Shown here piece after piece: positions 1-13,098 of a stretch of DNA of 64,000 bases (position 1 is its first letter; each line of letters begins with the position of its first letter). Both the position numbers and the translations under genes were made by a program. The stretch spans positions 6,356,485 through 6,420,484 of the forward strand of contig NC_134027.1 in NCBI RefSeq assembly GCF_964204645.1. The letters run 5' to 3'. Below the pieces are notes generated by a model. The model worked only from the letters and a program-made list of their open reading frames with translations, was not told the origin of the DNA and made no database searches. The stretch is from Tubulanus polymorphus (lineage: Eukaryota; Animalia; Nemertea).

Positions 1-174
1 AATATCAGCCAATTTTGGATTATGTGTGGAAAGGGTGTCTCCCTAGTGCTTAATGAGTCATTTTACCCAGTGTCATAAAACATATAGTCAACGTACTATA
101 TCTACAGGTTAACTGAATATCGGTAATACTCGTGACTTAGACTCCAAAATATTTTTCGATTTTTTGCAGACAAT

Positions 175-448
175 AGCCGCGATCACAAAGTGACGATTTG
201 GCCCGGGCCAAATTGGCTCGGATCAGACCTGAGTCAAGAGCGTGTTCACACATAAACCATTCACTTACTTGATACTAAACAATGCTTTAAACGAAGTCAC
301 TTTCAGAACCTGTAACAATTCACACACAATAATTTGACCTGTGCTAAAATGTGGCTTCCATACAGGCATGGCCCCAATTGGCACTGTTGTGAACAGTTGT
401 TCTGGGCCAAATTTGGCCCAGGCCAAAAACACTTGAGTGATCGCGGTT
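175..448. mobile_element. MITE family A copy 1 (PIF/Harbinger-like non-autonomous DNA element)
   Basis: Perfect 10-bp TIR CCGCGATCAC (177-186) / GTGATCGCGG (437-446). The internal sequence (ATTTGGCCCGG, GGATCAG, GGCCAAAAA) is shared with copies at 12263 and 43467. The superfamily assignment is inferred from TIR style. Confidence 0.75.
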
Positions 449-3197
449 TATGATGGTGATACAACATCTCAAGTGATTCCTTTCTTAACGTGTTACATCA
501 GTGTGGCATTTAACCTCTATAACACCGGTAACAATAAATCTTAGCGAATTCTATGAGAAAAAAACACAATAACTTTGACAAAAACTCTTTTACCTTCAGA
601 CATCAACTGAGGTGATGTTGAGATCGTGATGTGATCCGTATCCACTACTACAACAGAGATCTCGGCTACAATTTACCTTATAAATGTGTAGACCGGATAA
701 AGCCTGAGGTTGTAGGCTGATGTTAACATAATTTGATGAATTCATGAATGGGGTACAAGATTGTGCGCTGTCCGGATATGAGTAGAATGAAAGGTGTGGT
801 AATAATGGATGTTCCGGATATTTAAATTTACGAGCAATACGCTTTACATGCATCGCAATCATTAATGAACCATTGAAAACTTCCGTCAAATACTGAAAAA
901 ACGTGCTGCACGAATCGAATGATTGTCATCCTCCGACCACAAAAGTAAATTTCCTCCAGTACATTACGTGTATCGGAGAAAATTCAATTGAAAAATCGAA
1001 TATTTTAATATCCGCCATGATCAATGACATCACTACCGATGATGTAACGACAGGAGTGCTGCACTAACACGCGATTTAGTAGATATATCTCAAAACCCCA
1101 ATTTTTTAACTCAAATGAAACAAACAAACATTGACGAGTATATTCTAACTTCATTCTATATATTTAGTATATTTTGTATTGCATGGGTTAGTATCGGTAA
1201 TAAACAGTTTTCTGCCGACGACATGTCTCCCATGACTGATGTAATTCTTTATCACCTACGCTTTAGATTAGGCCTTGATTTAATCACGGTCATCTCGCCT
1301 ACGTAGATGACACTGAAATATACACTCGCGCACACGTTTTAATCACTTTTACCATATAAGTAATGATCAAAAGAACTGATGCCAGTGAATTCATATCAAT
1401 ACTTAGTTCAGTTCGTTCCAAGTGATTTGACAACAACATTTTGATGAGATACATAGAAGTTAAAATGAAAAACTTTTCATTAAAGGGAAAATGTTCAAAA
1501 ATCTATGATACTGTTTTGAAGTTTCATATCTTTATTAATAATCAAAGATAGAATATGGAAGGAAAGATGTGAGTTATTCATTGTATATTTTCCGCAATAA
1601 ATTGGATAATCATATCTTTACTATGAACCTTTGGTCTAAAATGTAGGCTGAATAGTAGAACCTGGGATTTTGGCTACTGTGCAAGAAGTAACAAATTTCA
1701 GATGACAATGCTAAAGCAATTCTCACCACCTACATATTACGTAATGATGTATATACAAATATGGACTTATACATCTACCAGTTGATGAAGACAAGTCATA
1801 TTCGTATGAATAGTGATATCAGTTAATAGTTTTGGGATTGGTCTGATGTTAGTAAATAGACATTCTCTAGACCCTCGATAAGCAATAAGGAATAAGTATT
1901 AACAATATGGTCATTTAATAGCCTATATCATTCTACTAAATACTGGCCACAAAATTAAGGACCTTGAGTTAAGTTGACCAGTTTGTGGCTGAATAGTTGG
2001 CAAGTTTTTTGTGCACGCTCGGTGGTAGATCTTGGTATAAGGGCGATGAATATAATTATGGCATCAGAAATGAGAAGTAGAGTCGGTACTGTAGGTGAAT
2101 ATAGTGATAGCATTTGTGCCATTTGAATGAAGAGTGGTATCAGTTTTAGCATGGACTCACCCATGTTTTAAGTTACTGTTCAAGTTGAAAAACAAATGAA
2201 TAACATCCGAAGTAAGTGAATGCATAATGCTATAGGTGATCAAAGTGGCTGTGGGGCAAGTAGCGCTGTTGGTGCTGCTGCTGAAGCATGGCATTGGCAA
2301 CAGAATTAGAAGGGTTGTTACCGTAAGTGTTAAATAGGCAGGGTATCGGTATATTTGTAGAGTTATGTATATAGGTGATATGGCATCAGCAATATATAAT
2401 GCTGATGGTACTATAGGTGAAGCACTAGTTGTGTATGGTTAATAATGTACGAATTAGTATATGCGCTGATATTGAAGGTGTAGTTATGGTAGTGACAAAT
2501 TGAGGTGGCAGCATTGTGATAGCTTCCCAACTTATTTGATGTTGGCTAGTTCTTGCCCTTTGGTACAAGTTCAAGAGAAAAAAGATATTTCAAAGATGAG
2601 AGTTTCAGCGGAGTATATTTCCATATATGTATATTGTATAATATTGGTATACTGTTGTCCTCAGGGGAGGATACTGTTTGCATATATCTGATATATATTT
2701 CTCACATTTGATACAGCTGCTGTCATACTACTGTTACAATTATCTACTCTTTCAGCTCAAGATCTGACAACCAGAAAAAAATAACGAAATACCATACCCC
2801 TATTTACCAATCTGAGTTTCCTTGCTTGAAAGTTATGTTCAGTAAAAAGTACTAACAAATGACAAATCCAACCTTGTTGCCAGTTTCAAAATGATAAACA
2901 GACTTTGTGAACAAGCAATACCTATATATATACCTAAAAAAGAAACACCGGGAGGCATGGATGTGGAACATTCAATTTTAAGTAGAAGTGAACCAATCCC
3001 ATTTTCATCCCACTTTTAAACATGCTTACTATGACAGTTTTGAAGAGTCTGTCTGCACAAGACACTACACCATACCTGCATTATTGATGTACCTATGTCT
3101 CTAAACCAGTAGAGTATTCTGATATGTAATTAAATCGGCCAGTCTTAATGGACCAAATTACAACAGTCAATCAAGACAATAGATCAATATGTCTTAC

Positions 3198-4031
3198 CAT
3201 CCCAGACCTTCCAGACCTCTTTACACGCTGCTGTTATGGTAAAGGTCAGCCTATTTTGCTCATAAGCAACCATTTCTAGTCTGAACAGTGACTGTCACAA
3301 TAAAAACCGCCCCAAGAACAGTTTATTGACATGAAAAAGGCTAAAATTGTAGAATTTCTGGACGGATATGAGTACATGCCCAGACTTCTTGAAAGATTTG
3401 CCATTTCCTGGAATTTTTCCTTCACCCGGTTGATGCACTGAGCACCTATAAGGTTTACAGGCACATGCCTAGGATCGCATATATACACCTGGAATAAGTG
3501 GATATGTATTTGCCCGAATTCCAGAGCAAGTGGCCATTAATTAACACTGCACTCTTACCGTGCATGATCATCCAACCATGGATAACTCATTCACTAATCA
3601 TACAATATACATGGTGTCACAAACAAAAGATATGAACAAGATAACTGACGAAATGCAAAAAAATCAAAATCATATCAATATACACAAAAATTATATTTTC
3701 ACATGAAATTCCTGATGAAATACCTGACCTTATTCTTGTTAACCATCTGTTTTAGAATAACAGTTAAATGAATCGAGTATCGTCTCGACTTGTGTTCGAA
3801 TGAGATACAGTCTTCGAATGATATACCGTGACAAGAATGAATCTGTTTGGGGAAAGCGCGCCCTTGGATCGAATATCCTGGGTCTGCGTATAATTGTAAT
3901 AGAATTTGCAGTCCTTCCCTCATCAGCTTTTCTAAGAATTGAGACAAAGAACCTCGGAACAAAGATTCATCAGAAGAATATTCAACAAGACAATAGTATT
4001 TAAATATCGCATTAGTAGTAATACAAGCCAT
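3198..4031 (-). CDS. Hypothetical multi-exon gene, uncharacterised protein
   Basis: Acceptor TTTTTAG is immediately followed by ATG at 4031, and about 101 codons are open (MACITTNAIFKYYCLVEY...) to donors at 3729 (phase 0) or 3724. Downstream phase-0 acceptors occur at 3488 (VYICDPRH...HCSD*) and 3291 (SLFRLEMVAYEQNRLTFTITAACKEVWKVWD, donor G|GTAAGA at 3198). No family recognised and the exon order is uncertain. Confidence 0.4.
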
Positions 4032-7000
4032 CTAAAAAATGACCGTATATAATGTTATCATAAAGATGAAAACAAAAGGATGTGTGTGGAACTTCACTTT
4101 GTTCTTCACAAATCTTGTTACTTAGAACTAATGACACCACGGTTTTTAGTGTACAATAACGCCACTTCAGCATACTTTCATTTCCGAACTATTGTATGGA
4201 GGTAAAGACAGTTGTTATATAGACTCAACTAATGTATTGTTTTAGTGTTTTAGTCCGGTTGACGGTGATACCTCTAGCATCAACGTCGAGTTGAAGCGAA
4301 GCCTCTGTTTAATCATCGTCACCACTACGCAATTTAATACTATCACCTAAGAAGACATCAACATCCGTCGACCTGTTGAAAGCGACGTCTGCGATTGGGT
4401 GACAACGAGACCAAGAGCGTCAACGAGAGTGCTCAGGTTATGACGGCGTCAAGTGATGTGACGGCCGACGGGTTATTGCCACACTCTCGGCAGTTTCACC
4501 CCGGAAAATTTACAAAATCGTCTCAACGAGCCATCAGTCATCGTGAAACGTAGCAACAATGCACAAACTTCCGTGCAACACAACCGTGCATTAAGTTGAT
4601 AACCGAGAGTCTCTTGCCATAAGTTGAAATCTAGCAGATCAAAACCACAGCCATTTAAGTAATGAGGGTCAGTGAATTTGAAATCAACAATATTGTTAGC
4701 AAAAACTAGGGCTGATACGCATCTGTTACTTAGGTAAGATTCTAGACTTCAGATTTCTGCCAGATACAGATATTTGACATCCATTTGTTCCTACTGCCAC
4801 AACTATATTCTCATTGATTGACTCTGGATCAGTGATGAAGGCTCTTGTAACTGCCATGTGGGATTTAAGAGATTCTTTAGGTTAAACAATAACCATTGGG
4901 TAGATTTGTCGATGATATCATTCCAAATTGACAGATGTGTCTCATAGAACCAAGAAGAAATATGAAAAAGTATAGCAGCATCGAGGGGAATCGTTGAAAC
5001 AACTCATTGTCGACCTAGATATATAAGAAATCGATTTCATTCTGAGATTCTAATCAAAAGTGTGTACATTTTCCATCTCTTAGTCATTGATAATTCAAAT
5101 TGCGACAAATCTAATTTCTTTGAGCTAACTGCTTTGACCTGTCTACCTACAATACCTATTTGGGTGTCGTCTCGTCATGACTTGTATCTCATATTACATT
5201 TTGAAACATCGGCAAATCATGATTAAAGTCTCGAAGTCTTGACAGAATACTAATAACCTAGTGACAGCATCTGTGGTCAAAGTGACTCGAATTTCTGTTG
5301 ATGCGACTTGTAATCTGTACTAAGATGACATATTTCTCTTCGAGCATTAGTATACAGACGAAGATGTTAATTGTTACACATTAAACCCAGGATCACGATT
5401 TGAGACTCGAATTACGGTTGTAATTTCAAATAATTATCAATTCTCTGATTTCTGTGAGTCTCATACTATCAATAAGGGCAATTTCCTATAAATGCCAGTT
5501 CACTGCTTTGAGGATCGGTCAAGTTGATATGGAATTAATTAGTAGTCGCGTCTCTTTGTCCTATTTATTGATGAATCTGGACTAGAAGATATTCAGTGAC
5601 AGAAAAAAATTGAGAATTTCAGAATATGTAAGTTGCTTGCAGCCTCGGTCGTCTCGTAAATGAAAGATGTTGTTTGTGAAATGCTTTACATAAAACGCTC
5701 AAATATTTCAACGCGATTTATGTATGTAACATTTGATCTAAAGAGTTCTATTTGAATATTCTCGAGATCATTTCAGAATGCGACGTGTTGCTGCTTGTCG
5801 TCTTCACGGTTAATTAATTCTGACACTAAAAGCGTGATTACCTTAAAAAGTCAACTGCACAATTCAAACAATGAAAAACGAAGCATTGTCTGTTTCTATG
5901 ACAGTCTAGCTCTTCTCGTTTGGCTATTGAGATAAATGATTCGTATATATGAATCTTGTAAAATCAGCTCTTTCATTGAGTAAAATTGGGTAAAATTATG
6001 GAATACAAAACGATATAAATGACCACGGAAATGACCATTTATGACCTTAGATCTAATACGGGTAGTAACCATACGAATGTTATTACGTAATGACGTATGA
6101 TAGCAGTTTAAGTAAGGGAAGTGGTTATTTCCCTCGTCGATTCTCCTGTCCGGTGTGTCTGAATCATAGACGTATCTCTCTGGAGTACAATTCATCCTCG
6201 TTACAATCGGAAATTTTGTAAATTTCGTGTAATAAATGGCCGCGCGGGCTATCAGCGTGTCACAGCACGCGACAAACCAACTGGAAAGGTGTTCTGAACA
6301 CGTTCGAAATAAATGTGCGACGGGCACAGAAAAACTGATGAAACTGCAAAGATAAACGCAACAATAGGGCGAGTCCATAACTATTCCGGATGTTGTGCAT
6401 TATACAAATTGCACTTTCGGCAAATGTTTTGAATTTACCGGAAACGATCTCCGGCACGGTACGTCACCACCACCTCGTGACGCCGATGCATTATGGGAGT
6501 CGAACATGATACGGCAAACAAGTCGCAGGAAATGAAGCTAAAACGAGACTCATTAAGAACAAAACAAATATCAATCGGCGATAAACCGACGAAGTTCGTG
6601 CCGGCAAAAGTCAAAAAATATTAATTTCCGAAAGGTCAGGCATTAATCAAAATCTGGACTACCACACCTGTGCACTGATAGATCTAATTATTTGCTACTA
6701 GTACAGAGTATTTCAATTTTTGCGATAAAAGAATAAAAGAATTCTCCAATTATCAACGATACTTGAATGAAATTGTGGTTTCTAGGTTTTTACCACACTC
6801 GGGGAAAACTCCCCCTCAAAAGCAGAGCGAATTTGCCAATTTCTTTTTAAATTTCAATTTAAAGTGTCATGTTTGAAATGAATGTGTCGCCCGTTAAAAA
6901 CTAATGTTAACTGATAAATGTTGAGAGTGAAACTCGAGATACGACAAATAGAAATAGTGAATGAGTCGCGAAGGAAAACCCGGATGAGCACTACCACTTC

Positions 7001-8154
7001 AACATACAAACTCCGATAGTTGTCAAAGGAAACAATACGACTATTTCTTATTGCCACAACTCCAGTTACGCTTATTGATATATATCTGCAGGCGAAATTC
7101 CGTCGTCATCGCAGAATGGCCGGTTAATTAACAACGATTCTTACCTCATTCCTTTAAGATTGTATATTAGCGCTTCTTTGAAAATTTTCCACAATCATGA
7201 ATTCGACTGACTCGAGTTGACAGGACCGAAATGAGGCATGCTGCTGAAGGACTCGCGCATTAATGCTGTCACACACAATCCGGCTAGCTTGTGTTCACTG
7301 GCGACGAATTAACCGCTCAAACACCCTTCAAATCTCCGACGAGACAGTTTTATCTACATTTGAATAGAGTTCGCTGGATTGGCAATTAATATTTTTAGTT
7401 ATAGCCAAATTTAATTCGAACGATGGAATAAATTGTCGGGATACACTCAACAGACAAATGCGCGTGGTTAGATAAACTTCTTGAATCTCGATCAAAAGGT
7501 TGCACCTACGCTATACCTAACGCTACCTAATTCTAACCCTTCTACTTTACCTTTACCTGTATCCTTATCCTAATTGCACACTTTATACATGGATGGTAGT
7601 TCAACTATCATCCATGTATAGGCGTGCGATAATTTCAAGATCTCAAAGGTCGAACCAAAAACTGCATACTTTGCAGAAAAAACCCTACAACAAAAACTCC
7701 ATAATAGTCATTATATAAAAATCTATTACTGACAAAAGTTGCTCCACATACCGGCTTATATCCAGGGTTTGTGCATATTACGGAAGCATACCTTATTTAC
7801 TACAATACCATTTCAATACATATATACACATTATTTATAATCACGCAAAAGTGATGGCTCCGACCCAACTTCTTTTCTCCGGAGAGAGAGAGAGGAAAGG
7901 GAGAATTACGGCGCAAAAATATTTCAGTTACACGATTCTCGACTAAAAGGAGAAACGATTGATTACAACGGAAACCTCGTAACGCTAGCGAGACGGATTA
8001 GCTGCATTGTTTAAGTATGAACCCCGATAAAAGATAAAGGAAGAATTTTCTGCCAAATCGGATCAGGTCGTCGCGCCGAGGCAACAACTGCAGCAGTAGT
8101 TGATAACTTTGTCGAAGAATGAATGAATATACTTCAGGTTCCATATTTCAAGCA

Positions 8155-8250
8155 CCCTCCCACGCACGGGATTCGAACCTGTCTAGTCTATCGGGCCTAA
8201 GTATCACGTTCACATCGGATTCAAACCCGGTGTTTCGAGTGACCGGCGAG
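8155..8250 (-). repeat. tRNA-derived SINE-like fragments
   Basis: Two Pol III B-box-like motifs on the minus strand (GGTTCGAATCCC at about 8168-8179 and GGTTTGAATCC at about 8217-8227). No acceptor stem. Confidence 0.3.
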
Positions 8251-9049
8251 AGGAGATGAAACGGTGTCGTTACATTTACGTGGGTGGGGAAGCTTATTAC
8301 TCGCGCTCTAATTGTCCATTTATACATCAAGCACTATTCTCTATCCCCAATATGTACATGGCAAAATCGAAGCCCGCTCTTGAATGATAAAATATGCACA
8401 TAGTACCGGCTGAGGTGGTACTCGCCTGTCTTTAACGAAATGAGACCCACGACTGAATATTACCACAACAACGTTCATACATATATATATTCGGCTGAAA
8501 AGATCTTGGCTATTGTAAGCTGAAGTTGACTGCAAAAGCTAATCTTATAAGCATGAGATTGATGGAGTCTCCCCAAGAAAACAACAATAACATGATTACA
8601 AAGAAGCGGACCTAGGACTGTTTGTTTCCAACAGTATTTGAGGAGGAAATAGCGTTATCGATCAGATCATATCACACCCAATAGGGTCAACCTGACACGG
8701 TAGTTAGAGCTTTCCAGAATATTGAAATTGCGGGCATTATTTTCGAATATGATGAAACAGCCTGAAACCATTACTGTTATTATCAGTGAATGCATACAAA
8801 ATATATATTTGTATATTAATATGTATCTAATCTCAACTTAACTGCCAATCTCTATACGGAGAATTACAAATCTGTGCATTGCAATCTGATGTGGAATTAT
8901 CCAACATGTATAATAAAACAGCCGTTTTTAGTTAGTAAACATTTTTTAAACTCTGTCTTGAATAACATTACATCTCCATCACACCATTCAGGTTCGCAAA
9001 AATAAGTTAGAACCCCGGGATCTAGGGGTGAGGTTTTTGGCATTAGGAA

Positions 9050-9050
<1 letters not shown>

Positions 9051-9092
<42 letters not shown>
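9051..9092. repeat. (TA)n microsatellite
   Basis: Directly visible TA run with one CA interruption. Confidence 0.95.
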
Positions 9093-9093
<1 letters not shown>

Positions 9094-9301
9094 CGTGAAA
9101 CAACGTTTAGTCTTTGGCAAACTTTCTTAAAACTTTTTACAAACTTTGCAGGATATATACGTGCGCTTCATACGATGAATGTACCAATGAATATATAAAC
9201 ATAACAGGTACTCCTAAAAAATGTGCTTTGCTTTTTTTATTTTGTCTGGGTTATCTGTATAGTTGTGCTGCAAAGTGTAAAATCTAAGCTACGTATATAC
9301 C

Positions 9302-9304
<3 letters not shown>

Positions 9305-9386
<82 letters not shown>
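9305..9386. repeat. (TA)n microsatellite
   Basis: Directly visible TA run of about 80 bp with one interruption. Confidence 0.95.
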
Positions 9387-9388
<2 letters not shown>

Positions 9389-12262
9389 CGATATGTATGT
9401 ACGGGAAAAAAATGTCTCGAAAGTTTCTGCAAAAATAAACTTCTAAGAAACATAAGACTTAGAGATATCAGTGAACCAGACATTATAGGGGCGAAGATTG
9501 CCTCAGGAAATACCGAATGATACCAAAGCTGAGAGAGACTTTTTTGGTTGAAAGCGATAGAACATTATCCGAGATACAAAGCGATGTGAATATGACATAA
9601 TTGATTAGCAAAAAAGTGGTCTTCAGAAATAATAATAACTTGAAGTTGTCATTGAAAAAATTTGTCGTCATAGAAAAGTTACCTTAATCAGAAATTATGT
9701 TGATTACTTACATGTTTTAGCACAATGAGGCTTAAAATGCCCCTTTCAGACAAACGAATACTTTAAGCCAGAGATCATCAGTAAAAATATCTAGAGAGAT
9801 AGCAACTGCGGGCAATGAGACTAGCGACGTCTATCAGGTATTCAATGAACTCATATAATACTCGTCTAAGTTCGTTTATTACTGCGAGGCTGTGATTCTA
9901 CTGTTATTGATAACTACATTATTCGACGGATGTTGACGGGAGACTTTCCAACCTTTTTGAAAACAAAGCGGGTGAGCTATTGCCAAACGCATCGACCCCG
10001 AGAAAAAATTCATGAAAAGACCTCGACGAACCAGCGCTGTATTGACAAGCAACTGCGGTACCATCATCCAGGGCACTGAGTCAGAAAACAGGCATCAAAA
10101 CTGTAGAACTGTTGCCCCGGGATTCAGACATGTCCAGAATGAGTAATGGTTGTAGTGACTGGCAGAAGATCTTGGTCACATTCGTCATTATATGTTATAT
10201 CAGATACTGACCGTCAATAGCGCGCTGGGGCTTCACACATCGTCGTGGACAAAGCCGCAAATATCGTCCAAAGGATCAGCCATGTTTCCCGGCCGGACGA
10301 CAATCCAACTTATTTCATTAATGAAACCTCGCATGCGTGATATCTATTCATGTTTTTTTCGCATGTCTTTATCAGGCCGGACAACGGACTAGAGCCAGAC
10401 AATACTGGCAGTGGTTTCTATCTGATTTGCGATAATCACGGCGAAACGTGAGCAGATGAGATTGCGCCAACGACAATTCCGACAATTCCGCAGCTTCAGC
10501 TTAGTCGGTAGTACACCATGAACTTACGTTTTACACCGAGACTTCAACCATTAACTAACAGTATGGCTGATTATCATGAAGACTTCAACAAACTGTCAAA
10601 CATATTTTTCATCGCATTTACACATGAAGCAGGTCTAGTACAACGTCCGGTTATCGTCTACAAGTTAAGAAATCATCAATTTGCTTAGTTTGCAACATCA
10701 AATTATAGATCCCGATCGAAGGTTTCCATTTCACACAACAAAAGCGCATAAACAGTTCTGAAATTATTCGTGAAATTGATGTGAATAAAAACACCATATA
10801 TCAACTTACATTCATCCGCATTCATTTTTACAACTATGTTCCAGAGGCCGATAACGGCTTAAAACGCTATTAAAACGCTAGCGTATCATACCCATACCCA
10901 GACGTCCAATAAAACAGGTCGACTCAGTTATACGACACTAGCTAGGTAATGATTGCGCTGGACACTGATTTTATGTGTCTAGCAGCACGGGCCACATTTG
11001 CGTTTCTAGTTCTATGACCATAAAACACAATTATGTAAACAGATATTAGGACTAGATTCATTTACCACACGTTTTCCCGTTTGTCCTGTACAAATAACAA
11101 CGATATCGACATTAGCGAGTCACTAAATCGGCTCACACCTCAGAGAGTGATAGCCTACACCGGAATCGAGATGTGGTAAAAAGCGCAAACAAAAACAACA
11201 GAACTTTTAGAATAAATAACATCTTGTATAAGTTATTCATCAGAGGTAAACAGAATCATCTACAAAGATGATGTAAGGATCGCGACTAACTTTTTCACAA
11301 TTTTCTCCATTTCTCATTTTCGAAGTCTTTCGAAGTCGATAACAGCCATACAAGTAGATATTTTTGTATACATAATGAAAATGCCAAGGAGAGTGAAATG
11401 TTTCAGTCATCGTAAAGTTTTTAAATCATTCATTTTTGACAAAACAATGATTTAAATTACATTTGCACGCGAAAAGAGAAAACCGAGCCGGGTTGTGTAA
11501 GCGGTGCGATTTTTTGTAAGTTTTATATACAAGTCACTTCCAAGAATTGTACACAGCGATAAAAGCTGAAAATAGTCAGATAGAAATCTGGCGTTCATTC
11601 CCAAGACGGTCATGTTTCTTTCGAATGCGTCCATTATAAAAAGCGAACGCGAGTGCAGAGCCATCGTGAATGTCTCCGATTCGGTTATAACGTGTACTTA
11701 ATGATCGACTAATTCTTATCGGAACTACGATAGTCACTGAATTCATTCCAACAAGTCAGCGGGGACGAGACGGTCGTAATTGTGCCGTTGTATTAATTAT
11801 TTTATGCGAGCCCGTGCCCTCGATGCATGCGATATCGTTACAGCGATTACAACGATAACGCAGCCAATGAAGACATTACAACCCAGGCCCCGTTATACCC
11901 GGGGACTCGTAACTTACGAGGCACGCATTAAATGAAGCGATTTATTCGTTTTTTAAATTCGAGCCAAGTCCAGTATAGTAACTGCATGAAAAATATCATA
12001 GTTTCATAGATATTTTTTCGTTTGTGCATCGAAGTGCGTTCGATCGCAATCAATGCTCAAAAAGCGATTGAACACACTTCGATGCGTTTACTTTTTTTCC
12101 AGATCAGCAGTGACAATGCTAAACTAAGATAGTTACGTAATTGGAAATCAGGTAACATATGAATTACAAAGCATACTTTCATTCCATTTGTATATAAGTC
12201 TAATTTCACAATAAAAAAGTTTGGATGGACAATGAAACTTGAAGCTGTTACTAACATCTTGA

Positions 12263-12470
12263 AGCTGCAATCACACGGAGACGATTTTGCCCGGATCAGG
12301 CCCAGGTCAAATTTGGTCCCAAATTTGGCCGTGCTGGAAGAGGGTGCATTCACACGCAGATCACCCACTTGAAACTAAATAAGGCTCAAACAAAGTGAAA
12401 TGAGTCACAGAACCAGTTTGAACGCAATCAAATTTTGGTCTCGCCCAAAAACGATTGTGTGATCACGTCT
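12263..12470. mobile_element. MITE family A copy 2
   Basis: Ends AGCTGCAATCACAC ... GTGTGATCACGTCT followed by TAA. The internal GCCCGGATCAGGCCCAGGTCAAATTTG is nearly identical to the 43467 copy. Confidence 0.7.
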
Positions 12471-12959
12471 TAAGTTTTAGGTACCTAGTAGATTTCAAAA
12501 TTTTTAAAATGTGTTAAAAAACTCTTTCAAAAACTGAAACCTGTTAGTAATAGATTGAAACGAAGCATCGTAATGAATGATTGAGATCGCAGACATGATG
12601 TGTAGGCTTAAACTATGAGTAAATTAGTAAGTCTGCTCAGGTGGAGGAAACTCCCAAGATACACAACCGATACAGACTCCATAACAAGATTTTTGTCCAC
12701 AGCAAGGTCAAATGATGACGGTAATAAGTTACCTGGGAAAAAGCGTCAGATTTAAGCGGCTGTAATGGAGTAAGTTTGCGTTCTTTAAGGTGTTGGGCTT
12801 ACAATTGGTTTAAGTGAAGTAGCAGTGAAAGCTTGCTGGCGAATGAGTATTATGACATAGTAAAATGGAAGCTTTTTCAAAAATACATTTTTAGTATATT
12901 GACGGTAACAAGAAACCAGTACATATCTCTTTCTCCTGGTGTACTTATGTAACTTTATT

Positions 12960-13098
12960 CAGTGGAACCTCGTTCTAAACAAACAAACAAGCAATAATAA
13001 AAACTGTTGTAATAACTGAGAGTTCACTGGAAAAGGGTTCCTTAGAAGTAGGGTCCACAGGGTCTTTCCTAGTTCCTACATTGAGCGAGGTTCCACTA
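12960..13098. mobile_element. Tc1/pogo (Tigger-like) MITE
   Basis: TIR CAGTGGAACCTCG(T) / (G)CGAGGTTCCACTA followed by TA. CAGT-starting TIRs with TA targets are typical of pogo/Tigger elements. Confidence 0.65.

Noticed and set aside
5896-6378. 160-aa minus-strand ORF as a stand-alone gene
   Set aside because: No recognisable domain and atypical composition at both ends. Only the internal 6075-6195 part is kept as a first-exon candidate.
8897-9483. ORFs with long IYIYIY runs
   Set aside because: They are artefacts of translating (TA)n microsatellites.
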